Assembly: GCA_963780375.1 (NCBI GenBank)
Contig: CAWABV010000004.1
Coordinates: 35,662 to 99,661, forward strand
Source of the DNA: an uncultured Chloroflexia bacterium
GTDB lineage: Bacteria > Chloroflexota > Limnocylindria > Limnocylindrales > CSP1-4
Direction: 5' to 3'
DNA: 64,000 nt
The translations under genes and the position numbers were made by a program. The notes beneath the pieces were generated by a model that was not told the DNA's origin, searched no databases, and worked only from the letters and a program-made list of their open reading frames with translations. Below are positions 27,827 to 38,212 of this stretch, in pieces. The stretch's first letter is position 1. Each line of letters begins with the position of its first letter.

Positions 27827-29059
27827 TCAGCGCGCGACGCGTTGCCAGGAGATCGCGCCGTCGTCGATCCATGACGGTTGATCCGTGATCTGCCCATCGG
27901 GATCGAGGAGGTACGCCTGTGCGCTATCGGGTCCCCGGGTCACGATCCACGCGTCGTCCGGCGACCATGTCACACCCGCTGCGTGCCCCCCATTCGTAGG
28001 CCTCATCCCGCGTCCCGATCGGCATGCACGGTCCGCCGTACACGCTCGCGACGCACGGGCGCGCCAGGTCGTCCAACGCGACGATCCGTTGGCCGTCATT
28101 CGACACATGCGCGAACGCGGCCTCGATGATGACCTCGATCCCGGTCGCGACGTCGTGCACATGCGTCCGCAACGGATAGTCGAAGGACCCCGCCGTGTAG
28201 ACGACCTTGCGTCCATCGTCCGCCCATCCGTTCGGGCGCAGCACGTTGCTGCCCGGCGGCAGGCCCGCGATCTTCTGCAGGCTGCCCGGATCATCGAGAT
28301 CGACGACGTACAGCGCCACATCGGGGGCGTCGGGATTCGACCCGCCCAGGAAGAGCAGTTGACGTCCGTCGGGTGGACGCCAGTAGACGTCGAGGAACGC
28401 ATATGGCAGGTCGAGCCTTGTCATCGAACCGGTCGCGGCGTCGACGACGTTGAGCTCCCCGTCCACGGAATCGATCGTGATCATCCGGCCGTCCGGCGAC
28501 CACGCCATCGTGTCGGTATCGACATTTGGTTGGCTCGGGGACCTCGCGATCGTCTCACCGGTCATCGCATCGACGACGATGAGAGCCGTTGCGAGCTGGG
28601 TCCCTCGCAGGAATGCCAGTCGGGTGCCATCGGGCGACCACCGCGGTTCCTGGTCGATCTCCGGCCCCGAGGTGATCTCCCGCCGAAGCCCTGTCGTCGG
28701 GATCGACCGTGAATATGTCCCCGTTCTGGGCGTACGCGACGTGGCCGCTGCCGGCGAGCCCGAATGGCGGCGGGAGCCGCTGCTGCTGACTCCCGACATA
28801 GACCGCGACTGCGGCCAAGAGAAGCGACGAGGGCGGCCAGGACGCCGATCGTCCGCCATGGGACCGGCGGGAAGGCCCGCCGCCGGCGGAACCTGACAAC
28901 GGTCACGGGTAGCCACCTTTCGAGGAAGCTCCAGCGCGGCCGCTGCCGAAGCTGCGCCGTCTGCTGGAGGACGTCGTCTCGGAAGCCGGGCGTCCGCGGC
29001 ACCGGGGCATCGATGAACCACGCCCTGAGGTCGCGATCGAGCGCGTCGTGCCGGTTCAT
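27827..29059 (-). CDS. Putative anti-sigma factor with a TolB-like/PD40 beta-propeller, frameshifted near 28825, 28700 and 27995
   Basis: DRDLRAWF...RQRPRW N-terminus, TM helix, repeated WSPDG motifs across frames; ATGA overlap with sigma gene. Confidence 0.75.
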
Positions 29060-29640
29060 GCGACGACCCGTGTCTGGATCGCCTCGGGAGCCCGCTCGAG
29101 AGCGGTCAGTGCGGCACGCATCGCCGAGAGGGCGGCATGGAGACGTGATCGGGCAGTGCCATGCGGAACACCGAGCGTCTCGCCGATAGCTGAGGTCGAC
29201 ATCCCGAGGTAGTAATGCAGGACGAGGATCGCGCGCTGTTCAGGGCGAAGTCGGCGGAGCCCGCGTTCGATGACGTCGCGGTCCGCGATGAGGCCCGTCT
29301 CATCGCCGATGACCGGCGGTGAGATCGGCTCGATCTCGATCTCGATCGGCCGGCGTCGACGCTTGCGCACGGCGTCGAGACAGGCGTTCACGGTCAGGCG
29401 GTGGAGCCAGGCGTCGAACCGATCGGGATCACGGAGACCAGGCAGATCGCGCCATGCCCGGATGTAGGCATCCTGGACGGCGTCGCGCGCAAGCTCCTGG
29501 TCCCGGATGATCAGGTAGGCGACCGCTTCCAACCGCGCGATCGATCCGTCGACCAGCAGTGCGAAGGCGTCATGATCGCCCCGCCCCGCTCGCTCGACGA
29601 CATCGCGTTGGTCCACGGTCTCCCTCGGTGTCGCGTCCAT
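29056..29640 (-). CDS. ECF RNA polymerase sigma-70 factor
   Basis: VERAGRGDHDAF, LRDPDRFDAWL, LGVPHGTARSRLH. Confidence 0.93.
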   Translation of the reverse strand: MDATPRETVDQRDVVERAGRGDHDAFALLVDGSIARLEAVAYLIIRDQELARDAVQDAYIRAWRDLPGLRDPDRFDAWLHRLTVNACLDAVRKRRRRPIEIEIEPISPPVIGDETGLIADRDVIERGLRRLRPEQRAILVLHYYLGMSTSAIGETLGVPHGTARSRLHAALSAMRAALTALERAPEAIQTRVVA

Positions 29641-29738
29641 TCGGACGCATCCAACACCAAAGGCGTCGCCGCGCCGTCATCTTGTCGAAAACTCGTGATC
29701 CACGGGTCTGGACCCACCTGCCCTACCCTTGAGCCGAC

Positions 29739-31415
29739 ATGCCCGCCGAATTCATCTATTCGACGTACCGGCTCGCCCGGCACTACCCGCCCGACCGGAC
29801 GGTCCTCGAGGACATCTCGCTCAGCTTCTATCCCGGCGCGAAGATCGGCGTCATCGGTCCGAACGGCGCCGGCAAGTCGAGCCTGCTGCGGATCATGGCC
29901 GGGCTCGATGACGGGTTCACCGGCGAGGCGCGGCTGACGCCCGGCTTCACGGTCGGCTTCCTGAGCCAGGAGCCCCAGCTCGATCTGTCGAAGGACGTCA
30001 AGGGCAACGTCATGGACGGCGTTCGGGAGATCCAGTCGCTCATCGATGCCTACAACGCCGTCATGGCCAAGTGGTCGGATCCGGACGCCGACTACGAAGC
30101 CGTCGGCGCGGAGCAAAGCGCCCTGGAAGACAAGATCAACGCGGCCGACGCCTGGAACGTCGAGCGCAACGTCGAGATCGCGATGGACGCGCTGCGCTGC
30201 CCGCCAGATGATCAGGATGTCTCGACGCTGAGCGGCGGCGAGCGGCGCCGCGTGGCTCTCGCACGGCTCCTGCTCCAGCATCCCGACCTGTTGCTGCTCG
30301 ACGAGCCGACCAACCATCTCGACGCCGAGTCGGTCGAATGGCTCGAGCGCTTCCTCGACGAGTACGACGGCACGGTCGTCGCCGTGACCCACGACCGCTA
30401 CTTCCTCGACAACGTCGCGAAGTGGATCCTGGAGCTCGATCGCGGTCGCGGGATCCCCTTCTCGGGCAACTATTCGAGCTGGCTCGAGCAGAAGCTCGAG
30501 CGCCTGTCGCGCGAGCAGAAGACGGCCGACGCGAAGCAGCGGACGCTCGCCCGCGAGCTCGAGTGGGTCCGCTCCTCGGCAAAGGCACGCCAGTCGAAGG
30601 GCAAGGCGCGGCTATCGGCTTACGAGCAGCTCCTCGCCGAGTCGAACGACGCGAAGCGCGTCGAGCGCGAGCTCGAGATCGCGATCCCGCCCGGGCCGCG
30701 GCTCGGCGACCAGGTCATCGAGGTCGACGGTCTGCGCAAGGGCTTCGGCGATCGCCTGCTGATCGAGGACCTCGGTTTCAAGCTGCCGCGGTCGGGGATC
30801 GTCGGGATCATCGGCCCGAATGGCGCCGGCAAGACGACGCTCTTCCGGATGATCGTCGGCCAGGAGCCGCCCGACGCCGGGTCGATCACGATCGGCGACA
30901 CCGCCGTGATGTCGTACGTCGACCAGTCACGCGACGACCTCGACGGGGCGAAGACCGTGTTCCAGGAGATCACCCAGGGCGCCGAGGTCATCAAGACGGG
31001 CGCCCGCGAGGTCCCCGCGCGAGCCTATGTGGCGTCCTTCAACTTCCGCGGCACGGATCAGCAGAAGGTGGTCGGCCAGCTGTCGGGTGGCGAGCGGAAC
31101 CGCGTCCACCTGGCGAAGCTGCTGCAGTCGGGCGGGAACGTGCTGCTCCTCGACGAGCCGACGAACGACCTCGATGTCGACACGCTCCGCGCGCTCGAGG
31201 CCGGGCTCGAGTCGTTCCCCGGCTGCGCCGTCGTGATCAGTCACGACCGCTGGTTCCTGGACCGGATCGCGACCCACATCCTCGCTTTCGAGGGCGATTC
31301 GCAGGTGCGGTTCTTCGAGGGCAACGTCAGCGATTACGAGGCGTTCCGGCGCAAGGAGCTCGGGACCGCGGCAGACCAGCCGCACCGCATCCGGTACAAG
31401 CGGCTGGTCGCCTAG
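29739..31415 (+). CDS. ettA: Energy-dependent translational throttle A (ABC-F family)
   Basis: LSFYPGAKIGVIGPNGAGKS, two ABC cassettes, ELEWVR..KARQSKGKARL linker, QPHRIRYKRL end. Confidence 0.96.
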   Translation: MPAEFIYSTYRLARHYPPDRTVLEDISLSFYPGAKIGVIGPNGAGKSSLLRIMAGLDDGFTGEARLTPGFTVGFLSQEPQLDLSKDVKGNVMDGVREIQSLIDAYNAVMAKWSDPDADYEAVGAEQSALEDKINAADAWNVERNVEIAMDALRCPPDDQDVSTLSGGERRRVALARLLLQHPDLLLLDEPTNHLDAESVEWLERFLDEYDGTVVAVTHDRYFLDNVAKWILELDRGRGIPFSGNYSSWLEQKLERLSREQKTADAKQRTLARELEWVRSSAKARQSKGKARLSAYEQLLAESNDAKRVERELEIAIPPGPRLGDQVIEVDGLRKGFGDRLLIEDLGFKLPRSGIVGIIGPNGAGKTTLFRMIVGQEPPDAGSITIGDTAVMSYVDQSRDDLDGAKTVFQEITQGAEVIKTGAREVPARAYVASFNFRGTDQQKVVGQLSGGERNRVHLAKLLQSGGNVLLLDEPTNDLDVDTLRALEAGLESFPGCAVVISHDRWFLDRIATHILAFEGDSQVRFFEGNVSDYEAFRRKELGTAADQPHRIRYKRLVA

Positions 31416-31420
31416 GTCGA

Positions 31421-32158
31421 CTAGGGCCGGTACACGTGGCCCTGCCCCCAGAGGGTCGGGTTGCCGGGCGTGTCCTGGTTACCGAACCAGGCCCAGTCCT
31501 CGAGAGAGCGCATGTTCGCGCTCCGGCCGAGGAGCCCGACGTATACGTGGACCCCGGACAGGGTAGCGCGATAGTTGCCGTACCCCTCGTCGTTGACGTA
31601 GCAGGCGTGGCGATCAGGTGCGAACTCGTCATCGCCGTACGGGATGTAGGCGCCCTCACCCTCGCCGGGCACGCACGCGCCGCTGTCGACGATGAGGTTT
31701 TCGACCGAGACCCGGGCCATGTAGGCGTCAAGCATGTCGTCATCGTTCTTGAAGAGGTAGAAGCCCATCCGCGCGACCGGCGTGCCGATCATGTCGCAAT
31801 CGATACCGGCGATCGCCAGACCGGGCAGGGCATCGCCGCGGACCGGCGAGCAGTCACTCTCGCCACGCAGGATGCCGTCGACGAGATACCGCTCGGCGCG
31901 CGAGAACGACACGGGCTTGGGGGTCGGCTTGGGCGTCGGCTTGACCGTCGGCACGGGCGTGGCCGGCGGCTCGGCGGTCGGCTCCGGTGTCGCGGGATCC
32001 GACGGGGTCGACGGCGACGGGGATGCGGGCGGCGCCGACACGGTCGGCTGGCTCGGGACCGGCGACGCGGGCGTCTGGCTCGGCGTCGGGGTCGACGCCC
32101 CACACGCGCTGAGGATGAGGGCGGCCACCAGGGAGGCCGCGAGAACGAACTTGTTCAT
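31421..32158 (-). CDS. Hypothetical lipoprotein with a P/S/T-rich linker and a four-Cys domain
   Basis: LSAC lipobox; GGAG RBS. Confidence 0.75.
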   Translation of the reverse strand: MNKFVLAASLVAALILSACGASTPTPSQTPASPVPSQPTVSAPPASPSPSTPSDPATPEPTAEPPATPVPTVKPTPKPTPKPVSFSRAERYLVDGILRGESDCSPVRGDALPGLAIAGIDCDMIGTPVARMGFYLFKNDDDMLDAYMARVSVENLIVDSGACVPGEGEGAYIPYGDDEFAPDRHACYVNDEGYGNYRATLSGVHVYVGLLGRSANMRSLEDWAWFGNQDTPGNPTLWGQGHVYRP

Positions 32159-32329
32159 GATCGATGCTCCGAAGGTGGGCGGGGCTTCGGTTCCGCCACT
32201 GCCGATTTGACGCCGAGCAAGCCGATTTCGACCGCGACAAAGGTCTGGAAAACGAGGTCGTCGAATGTCGATTTATTCGGGCGACGAGGCGGCCACCTCC
32301 AGGAACGTCGCCCCTTACCATCGATAGCC

Positions 32330-33494
32330 ATGGGAACGACTTCTGTCGCGATCATCGGCGGTGGCGCGGTCGGGCTGGCGACCGCGTGGCAGCTCATCGA
32401 GCGTGGCATCACCGACGTCATCGTCCTCGAGGCCAGTGAGCTCGCATCCGGTTCCTCGAGCCGGTCGGCCGGGTTCATCGAGACGCAGTACGTCGACCCG
32501 CTCGACATCGAGCTTCGGGCGCTGAGCATGCTCGAGTTCCGACGACTGCAGATCGGGGCCGAGCTCGAGATCAAGGAGATCGGCTATCTCCGGCTCGCGC
32601 CGGACCGCGAGGCGCTCGAGGCCTTCGAGGCCAGCGTTCGCCTGCAGCGCGAGCTGGGCATGCTGGAGTCGGCCCTTCTCTCCGCCGATGACGTTCGCGA
32701 GCTGGTCCCCTGGCTCCGCGGCCCAGCGATCGCCGGTGGGCTGTGGGGTCCCCGCGATGGCCGGATCGACGGGCCGGCGTACTGCCGGATCATGGCCGCC
32801 AGTGCCGTCGCTCGCGGCGCTCGGATCCGGACGGGTGAGCGAGTGATCGAGGCCTTGTCCGCGTCATCGGGGTGGCGGATCCAGACGAGCGAAGGCGTGG
32901 TCGAGTGCGACGTCGTGGTCAACGCCGCCGGTCCATGGGCGGCGCAGATCGGCGGGCTGCTCGGTGTCGCGGTGCCGGTCATCCCGCTCCGCAACCAGAT
33001 CGGGATCTGGCGACTGACCGATCCACTCGATCGCCTGCTGCCGATGGTCATGGATTACATCCCGCATTCCGGGACGCGCGGCCTGTACGTCGCGACCTTT
33101 GACGACGCCGGAGCACGTCCTTGCCGGCCTCCACAGCGAAGAGGTCGTCGGCGAGGGCGTCGACCCGGATGCCTACGACCGCGACGCCGATCCCGAGTAC
33201 CTCGCGGACACGCGACTCGCGCTCGAAGGCCGAATGCCTGACTTGCCGCTCGGCGATGTCGAACGGGCGTGGGCCGGGCTCTACCCGGTCAGCCCGGACG
33301 GCCTGCCGATCGTCGGCCCGGCACCCAGCGACCCGAGCGTCATCCTCGCCGTAGGCGGCGGCGGCTCGGGCATCCAGATGTCGCCGATCATGGGCGCGCT
33401 CGCGGCCGATTGGATCGCCTACGACGAGCCTCGATCCCTCTCGGACGGCCGCCTCGTCGCGCCAGACCGCGAAAGCCTGGTGATCCCCGCATAG
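32330..33494 (+). CDS. FAD-dependent oxidoreductase (DAO/sarcosine oxidase beta-like), frameshifted near 33107
   Basis: IIGGGAVG, GSSSRSAG, VVNAAGPWA; second frame WAGLYPVSPDGLPIVG, GGSGIQMSP. Confidence 0.88.
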
Positions 33495-33569
33495 AGGCCA
33501 GAGCCGTTATGCGGCTGCAAGGCCCGCCAAACGTCACGGCGGGAGAATCCGACCGAAAGGTGGATGCCC

Positions 33570-35099
33570 ATGACGACCTCTCCCACCATGACCGCCCCGA
33601 TCGCGATGGCGGGGCCGCTGACCGTCTCGAGCACGAACCCGCGGTACTTCAGCCACGCCGATGACCCCTCGGGTCGCGCGGTCTACCTGACGGGTTCGCA
33701 CATCTGGAACAACCTCCAGGATGGCCTCGGGCCAGGCGCCGAGGCGCCCAAGGAACCCGAGCGCTTCGACTTCGATGCCTATCTCCGCTTCCTCGAGGAG
33801 CGCGGGCACAACTTCATCCGCCTGTGGCGCTGGGAGCACATCCGGTCCCAGGCGGCCGGCGGCGACTACCACCTCGACATGTCGCCCCAGCCGTGGGCGC
33901 GGACGGGTCCCGACCGCGCGAAGGACGGCAAGCCGCGCTTCGATCTGGACCGGTTCGACGATGCCTACTTCGGCCGCCTGCGCGAGCGCGTCGAGCATGC
34001 CCGCGATAGAGGGATCTACGTCGACGTTCTCCTGTTCGACGGCTGGGCGCTCCATCTGAGCCCGCCGCCGGACAACATCGAAGGCCACCCGTTCCACGCC
34101 GCCAACAACATCAACGGCATCGCCGCGCGGTCGATCGACGACCTCCAGGTCTTGCCGCTGAGCCCGAAGGTCGCGTCGATCGAGGAGGCGTACATCAAGA
34201 AGGTCGTCGATACGCTCCACGACCTGCCGAACGTCCTTTGGGAGGTCGCCAACGAGTCGTCGGGTGACGGCAGCGTCGACCAGGAGTTCGCCAGATTCCT
34301 CGGGATGGACGAGCCGCCGAAGTGGGGCGACTCGACCGAGTGGCAGTACTGGGTGATCGATGTCGTCAAGCGCCACGAACAGGAACGCGGCTATGAGCCG
34401 CACCCGATCGGCATGACGATGCAGTTCCCGGTGGCCGATCAGACCCGCGTCAACGGACCGCTGCTGCGGAGTCGAGCCGAGTGGATCTCACCTGGGTACG
34501 ACGACGAGATGTTCAAGGACGGCGGGCACCCGTCGGCTCCGGGTTCGCCGCCATCGCAGTGGTATGCCGACCCGCCTCCGGCCGACGGCATCAAGGTGAT
34601 CGTCACCGACACCGATCATTACGCTCCCGGTCAGGGCGACGCGCTCTGGGCATGGAAGTCGTTCCTCCGCGGGCACAACCCGATCCTCATGGACTTCGGT
34701 CTGCTCGGCGGGTTCGATCGCGGTAGCGAAGCGGCCGATGGTCAACCGTCGCCATTCGAGGCGTCCGAACCCGCCAGGTACGCGATGGGCGATACGCGCC
34801 GCTTCGCGGAGCGGATGGACCTGATCCAGATGCGGCCTCGCGGCGAGCTGGCGTCGACCGACTACGTCCTCGCCTCGCCTGGCCGCGAGTACCTCGTCCT
34901 CGAGCCGAACGGCGATCGGAAGCCCTTCACGGTCGATCTCGCGCCCGGTCGATACGACGTCGAATGGTTCAGCGTAGCGGAGCGCCAGACCCGGTCGGCC
35001 GAGCCAGTGGATATCGGTACGAGGGGCGCATTGGAGTTCAACGCGCCGTCCGACGGTCCCGCGGTCCTCTACCTCAAGAACGTCGACGCCTTGACGTAG
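33570..35099 (+). CDS. Clan GH-A-like TIM-barrel glycoside hydrolase (DUF6298/DUF4038-like) with a C-terminal beta-sandwich
   Basis: YLTGSHIWNN, HNFIRLW, FDLDRFDDAYF, WEVANE (NE acid/base), DTDH. Confidence 0.7.
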   Translation: MTTSPTMTAPIAMAGPLTVSSTNPRYFSHADDPSGRAVYLTGSHIWNNLQDGLGPGAEAPKEPERFDFDAYLRFLEERGHNFIRLWRWEHIRSQAAGGDYHLDMSPQPWARTGPDRAKDGKPRFDLDRFDDAYFGRLRERVEHARDRGIYVDVLLFDGWALHLSPPPDNIEGHPFHAANNINGIAARSIDDLQVLPLSPKVASIEEAYIKKVVDTLHDLPNVLWEVANESSGDGSVDQEFARFLGMDEPPKWGDSTEWQYWVIDVVKRHEQERGYEPHPIGMTMQFPVADQTRVNGPLLRSRAEWISPGYDDEMFKDGGHPSAPGSPPSQWYADPPPADGIKVIVTDTDHYAPGQGDALWAWKSFLRGHNPILMDFGLLGGFDRGSEAADGQPSPFEASEPARYAMGDTRRFAERMDLIQMRPRGELASTDYVLASPGREYLVLEPNGDRKPFTVDLAPGRYDVEWFSVAERQTRSAEPVDIGTRGALEFNAPSDGPAVLYLKNVDALT

Positions 35100-35267
35100 C
35101 CTCGACGGCGCGGGAGCCCAACGTTCCCGGGCCAGCAGAGGATGCGGTGCTCGAACGGCGGCCATCCAAGATGGTCTTGATTCACATCGAGATCGAACTG
35201 TTTGCGCCTGTCGGCACTCCTAGGTGCAGCCGAGCCAGATGGACTCGGCGACCGATGAGGAAGCGGG

Positions 35268-35822
35268 ATGCACCGAGCACTGGTCGTCCGGGCTCAACAG
35301 GGGGACGAGCAAGCGTTCGTCGCCTTGGTCAGAGAGGTCGGCGACACCTGCATGGCGATCGCGTATCGGATCCTGCGCGATGTCGACCTTGCAGAGGACG
35401 CGGTGCAGAGCGCCATCATCACCGCGTGGCGACAACTCCGAGCGCTTCGCGACCCGGATCGGTTCGAGGGCTGGTTATACAAGCTCCTCGTCAACGCGTG
35501 CTACACCGAGGCCAAACGCGCCCGACGCCACCATGTCGGCGTCGTGGACATCTGGCCGGAGGTGGCATTCACCCGGGATGACACCCTGACGGTCCAGCAT
35601 CGCGATCAACTGGAGCGGGGCTTCCGGAAGCTCTCACCCGAACAGCGCGCTGTTCTCGTCCTTCACCACTACGTCGGCTTGACATTGTCGGAAGTGGCCG
35701 AGCGACTCGAGATCCCCGAGGGGACCGCCAAGTCTCGGCTGCATTACGCGGCGTCGGCGATGCGGGCTGCCCTCGAGGCGGATGCCCGTGTGGCCGAAGC
35801 CTCAGGGGAGAGGTCGGCATGA
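35268..35822 (+). CDS. ECF RNA polymerase sigma-70 factor
   Basis: RAQQGDEQAF, LRDPDRFEGW, IPEGTAKSRLHYA. Confidence 0.93.
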   Translation: MHRALVVRAQQGDEQAFVALVREVGDTCMAIAYRILRDVDLAEDAVQSAIITAWRQLRALRDPDRFEGWLYKLLVNACYTEAKRARRHHVGVVDIWPEVAFTRDDTLTVQHRDQLERGFRKLSPEQRAVLVLHHYVGLTLSEVAERLEIPEGTAKSRLHYAASAMRAALEADARVAEASGERSA

Positions 35823-36715
35823 CCACGCAGCGCGATCCCTACGCCGACCAGCTTGTCGACGCGTTCCTCGACGAAGGTCCGGTCCGCATGTCGGATCGGC
35901 TATTCAACGCGATCGTCGACGACGTCTACCGAACTCGACAGCGGGGCCTTGTCGCCCCGTGGAGGGACACCCTCATGAATCGACCTGCTCTCGCGGCGGC
36001 GGTCATCGTCGTCGCGATCGCGGTTGCTGGCGCGGCTGCAGTCCTGTATCGGCCGAACGAGGGCCGTGTCGGGAGCGTACCGTCGCCGTCACCCGCGACA
36101 CCCGTGCCAGCCGTCGGCAGGAGCCTCCCGCCTTCGGGCAGTCTGCTGCTCGCGGACACGTTCAGCGAGCCCTTTACCTACACCATGCCCGTCTTCCCGG
36201 TCCAGGGAACGGCGCCCGTCACCGGCGAGGCGTTCGACCCATCGTCGGGTGGACGACCACCTGCGATCGATCGGACCTACCGCGTGTATTCGACCGTGTG
36301 GGGCTCCGTGACCTTCCACGACGACGAGTCGCTGCCGGCGGATATGTGCCGAGCCAGTGGGTCGAGCATCGACGACGTCCCTGCGACACCCGGCGAGGTT
36401 GGTCGCTGGCTCGAGTCAGCCGTTGGTCTTCTGGTGTCGGCCCCGATCACGATGACGGTCGATGGCCGCCCGGCCATGGTCTGGGACACCCAGACGGGCG
36501 GCAACTGCGACGCGATCCCGAGCCGCAATCCGCCGTGGTTCGGTGTCGATGAACGGCACCGGATCTACGCGGTCCCGACGGGCTCGGACACGATATTGGT
36601 CATCACCTGGGGTGTCGATTGGGGCAACGGCTCCGAGGAGTACCTCGATCAGGTGAACGCCGCGGCGGACGAGCTCGTGCGATCGATGAAGTTCCATTCC
36701 AACGACGGCTCATAG
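35819..36715 (+). CDS. Putative membrane anti-sigma factor
   Basis: ATGA overlap; FLDEGP...RTRQRG N-domain, TM helix, extracytoplasmic domain. Confidence 0.7.
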   Translation: MTTQRDPYADQLVDAFLDEGPVRMSDRLFNAIVDDVYRTRQRGLVAPWRDTLMNRPALAAAVIVVAIAVAGAAAVLYRPNEGRVGSVPSPSPATPVPAVGRSLPPSGSLLLADTFSEPFTYTMPVFPVQGTAPVTGEAFDPSSGGRPPAIDRTYRVYSTVWGSVTFHDDESLPADMCRASGSSIDDVPATPGEVGRWLESAVGLLVSAPITMTVDGRPAMVWDTQTGGNCDAIPSRNPPWFGVDERHRIYAVPTGSDTILVITWGVDWGNGSEEYLDQVNAAADELVRSMKFHSNDGS

Positions 36716-36740
36716 TCGCGCTGCAACGCAAGGTGCGAGA

Positions 36741-36778
36741 ATCGGTCGACTCCGACCATGACGAAGGAGTCGACCGAT
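36741..36778 (+). promoter_or_regulatory. Hairpin occluding the RBS and start of the YbhB/YbcL gene
   Basis: ATCGGTCGACTCC (36741-36753) pairs perfectly with GGAGTCGACCGAT (36766-36778). Confidence 0.55.
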
Positions 36779-37229
36779 GACGTTCGTACTCACCAGCCCG
36801 GCGTTCGAGGCCGATGGCGAGATCCCGCGGAAGTACAGCTGCGACGGCGAGGACGTGTCCCCTCCCCTCGAGTGGGCCGATGCGCCGGACGGCACCACGA
36901 GGCTCGCGCTGATCGTCGATGACCCGGACGCGCGCGGGTTCGTGCACTGGGCCGTGTTCGACATCGATGCCACCCAGTCCGGCGGCCTGCCCGAGGGTTT
37001 CTCATCCTCGCCCGATGCGCCCTCCCAGGGCACGAACCAATTCCGCCGGCTTGGCTGGGGCGGCCCGTGCCCGCCGTCGGGGACCCACCACTACCGGTTC
37101 ACGCTGTTCGCGCTCAACGCGCCGTTGGAGCTCGCCGGAGCACCGAAAGCCGACGAGATCCGTGCGGCGATGGAGGGTCACGTCGTCGGCCAGGCGGAGC
37201 TGATCGCCCGATACAAGCGGCAGCGCTGA
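36777..37229 (+). CDS. YbhB/YbcL family PEBP (Raf kinase inhibitor-like) protein
   Basis: LTSPAF, DVSPPLEW, DDPDA..FVHW, GPCPPSGTHHYRFTLFAL. Confidence 0.93.
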   Translation: MTFVLTSPAFEADGEIPRKYSCDGEDVSPPLEWADAPDGTTRLALIVDDPDARGFVHWAVFDIDATQSGGLPEGFSSSPDAPSQGTNQFRRLGWGGPCPPSGTHHYRFTLFALNAPLELAGAPKADEIRAAMEGHVVGQAELIARYKRQR

Positions 37230-37275
37230 GGATGGTCGACCGTCCGGGCAGACCCAGGCTCGACCGCGCGGGACG

Positions 37276-38202
37276 CTACTGGAGCATCGGGCGGACCTCG
37301 CCGATGAACCGGACGAGGGTCTCGTCGTCGAACGGTGGAGGCATGTCCAGGTAGAACTCGCGGAACCCGAGCTCCGCGTAGGGTGCCAGCTTCTCGGCCA
37401 ACCTCGCCGGGGTCCACGCCTGCCCCGGGCCATCCCAGCCCCCGTTTTGGCGGCCGATCTCCCGGGCGACGCGTTCCGCCTCGGCTTCCGAGTCGCGCAG
37501 GACGCTTGCCTCCGCGCTGAACACGTAGCGGATATCGGACGGGTCGCGGCCCACGTCGTCGCACCAGCGTCGAAGCGTCGCCTCGGCATCGCGGACGACA
37601 TCGAGCTCGCCGAAGGTCGCCCACAGGTCCGCGTACCGGGCGACCGTTCGGAGCGTCTTGCGCTTGCCCTTGCCGCCGATGAGGATCGGTAGGCGCCGTT
37701 GGATCGGCGGAGGGACGTTCCGGACGGCTCTCGACGTGTAATGCGGTCCGGCCGTGGCCTCCTGCCCGTCGAACATCGCTCGCATCAGGGCGACCGCCTC
37801 GTCCAGCCAGTCGATCCGCTCCCCCATCGACGAGCCGGGCTCGACGCCGATCGCCTCGAACTCGGCGATGTTCCAGCCGGCGCCGATGCCCAGGATCGCG
37901 CGGCCGTCGCTCATGTGATCGAGGGTCGTGACCGACTTGGCCAGCAGCGCCGGGCTGCGCAGCGGGTTCGCCGTCACCATGTGGCCGAGCGTCACGCGTT
38001 CGGTCACGCCCGCCCAGGCGGCGAGGGTCATGTAGCCCTCGAAGCTCGGGCCGCGCTCGTCGCCCCGGATGGGATACGGGTGATCCCACGTCCACAGAGC
38101 GTCGTAGCCGAGCTCGTCGACCCGTCTGCCGACCTGCATCAGCGACGCCCAGTCGGTGTACTGCGGCCAGGCCAGCACGCCGAACCGGAGCGGGTCCGTC
38201 AT
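37276..38202 (-). CDS. LLM-class (probably F420-dependent) oxidoreductase
   Basis: GYDALWTWDH, LAK.VTTLDHMSDGRAILGIGAGW, PILIGGKG..TLR.VARYAD. Confidence 0.9.
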   Translation of the reverse strand: MTDPLRFGVLAWPQYTDWASLMQVGRRVDELGYDALWTWDHPYPIRGDERGPSFEGYMTLAAWAGVTERVTLGHMVTANPLRSPALLAKSVTTLDHMSDGRAILGIGAGWNIAEFEAIGVEPGSSMGERIDWLDEAVALMRAMFDGQEATAGPHYTSRAVRNVPPPIQRRLPILIGGKGKRKTLRTVARYADLWATFGELDVVRDAEATLRRWCDDVGRDPSDIRYVFSAEASVLRDSEAEAERVAREIGRQNGGWDGPGQAWTPARLAEKLAPYAELGFREFYLDMPPPFDDETLVRFIGEVRPMLQ

Positions 38203-38212
38203 CGTCCCTCCG

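Noticed and set aside
30338-33241. 967-aa ORF in the track
   Set aside because: Shadow frame of ettA and the antisense lipoprotein that runs into the real FAD oxidoreductase starting at 32330.
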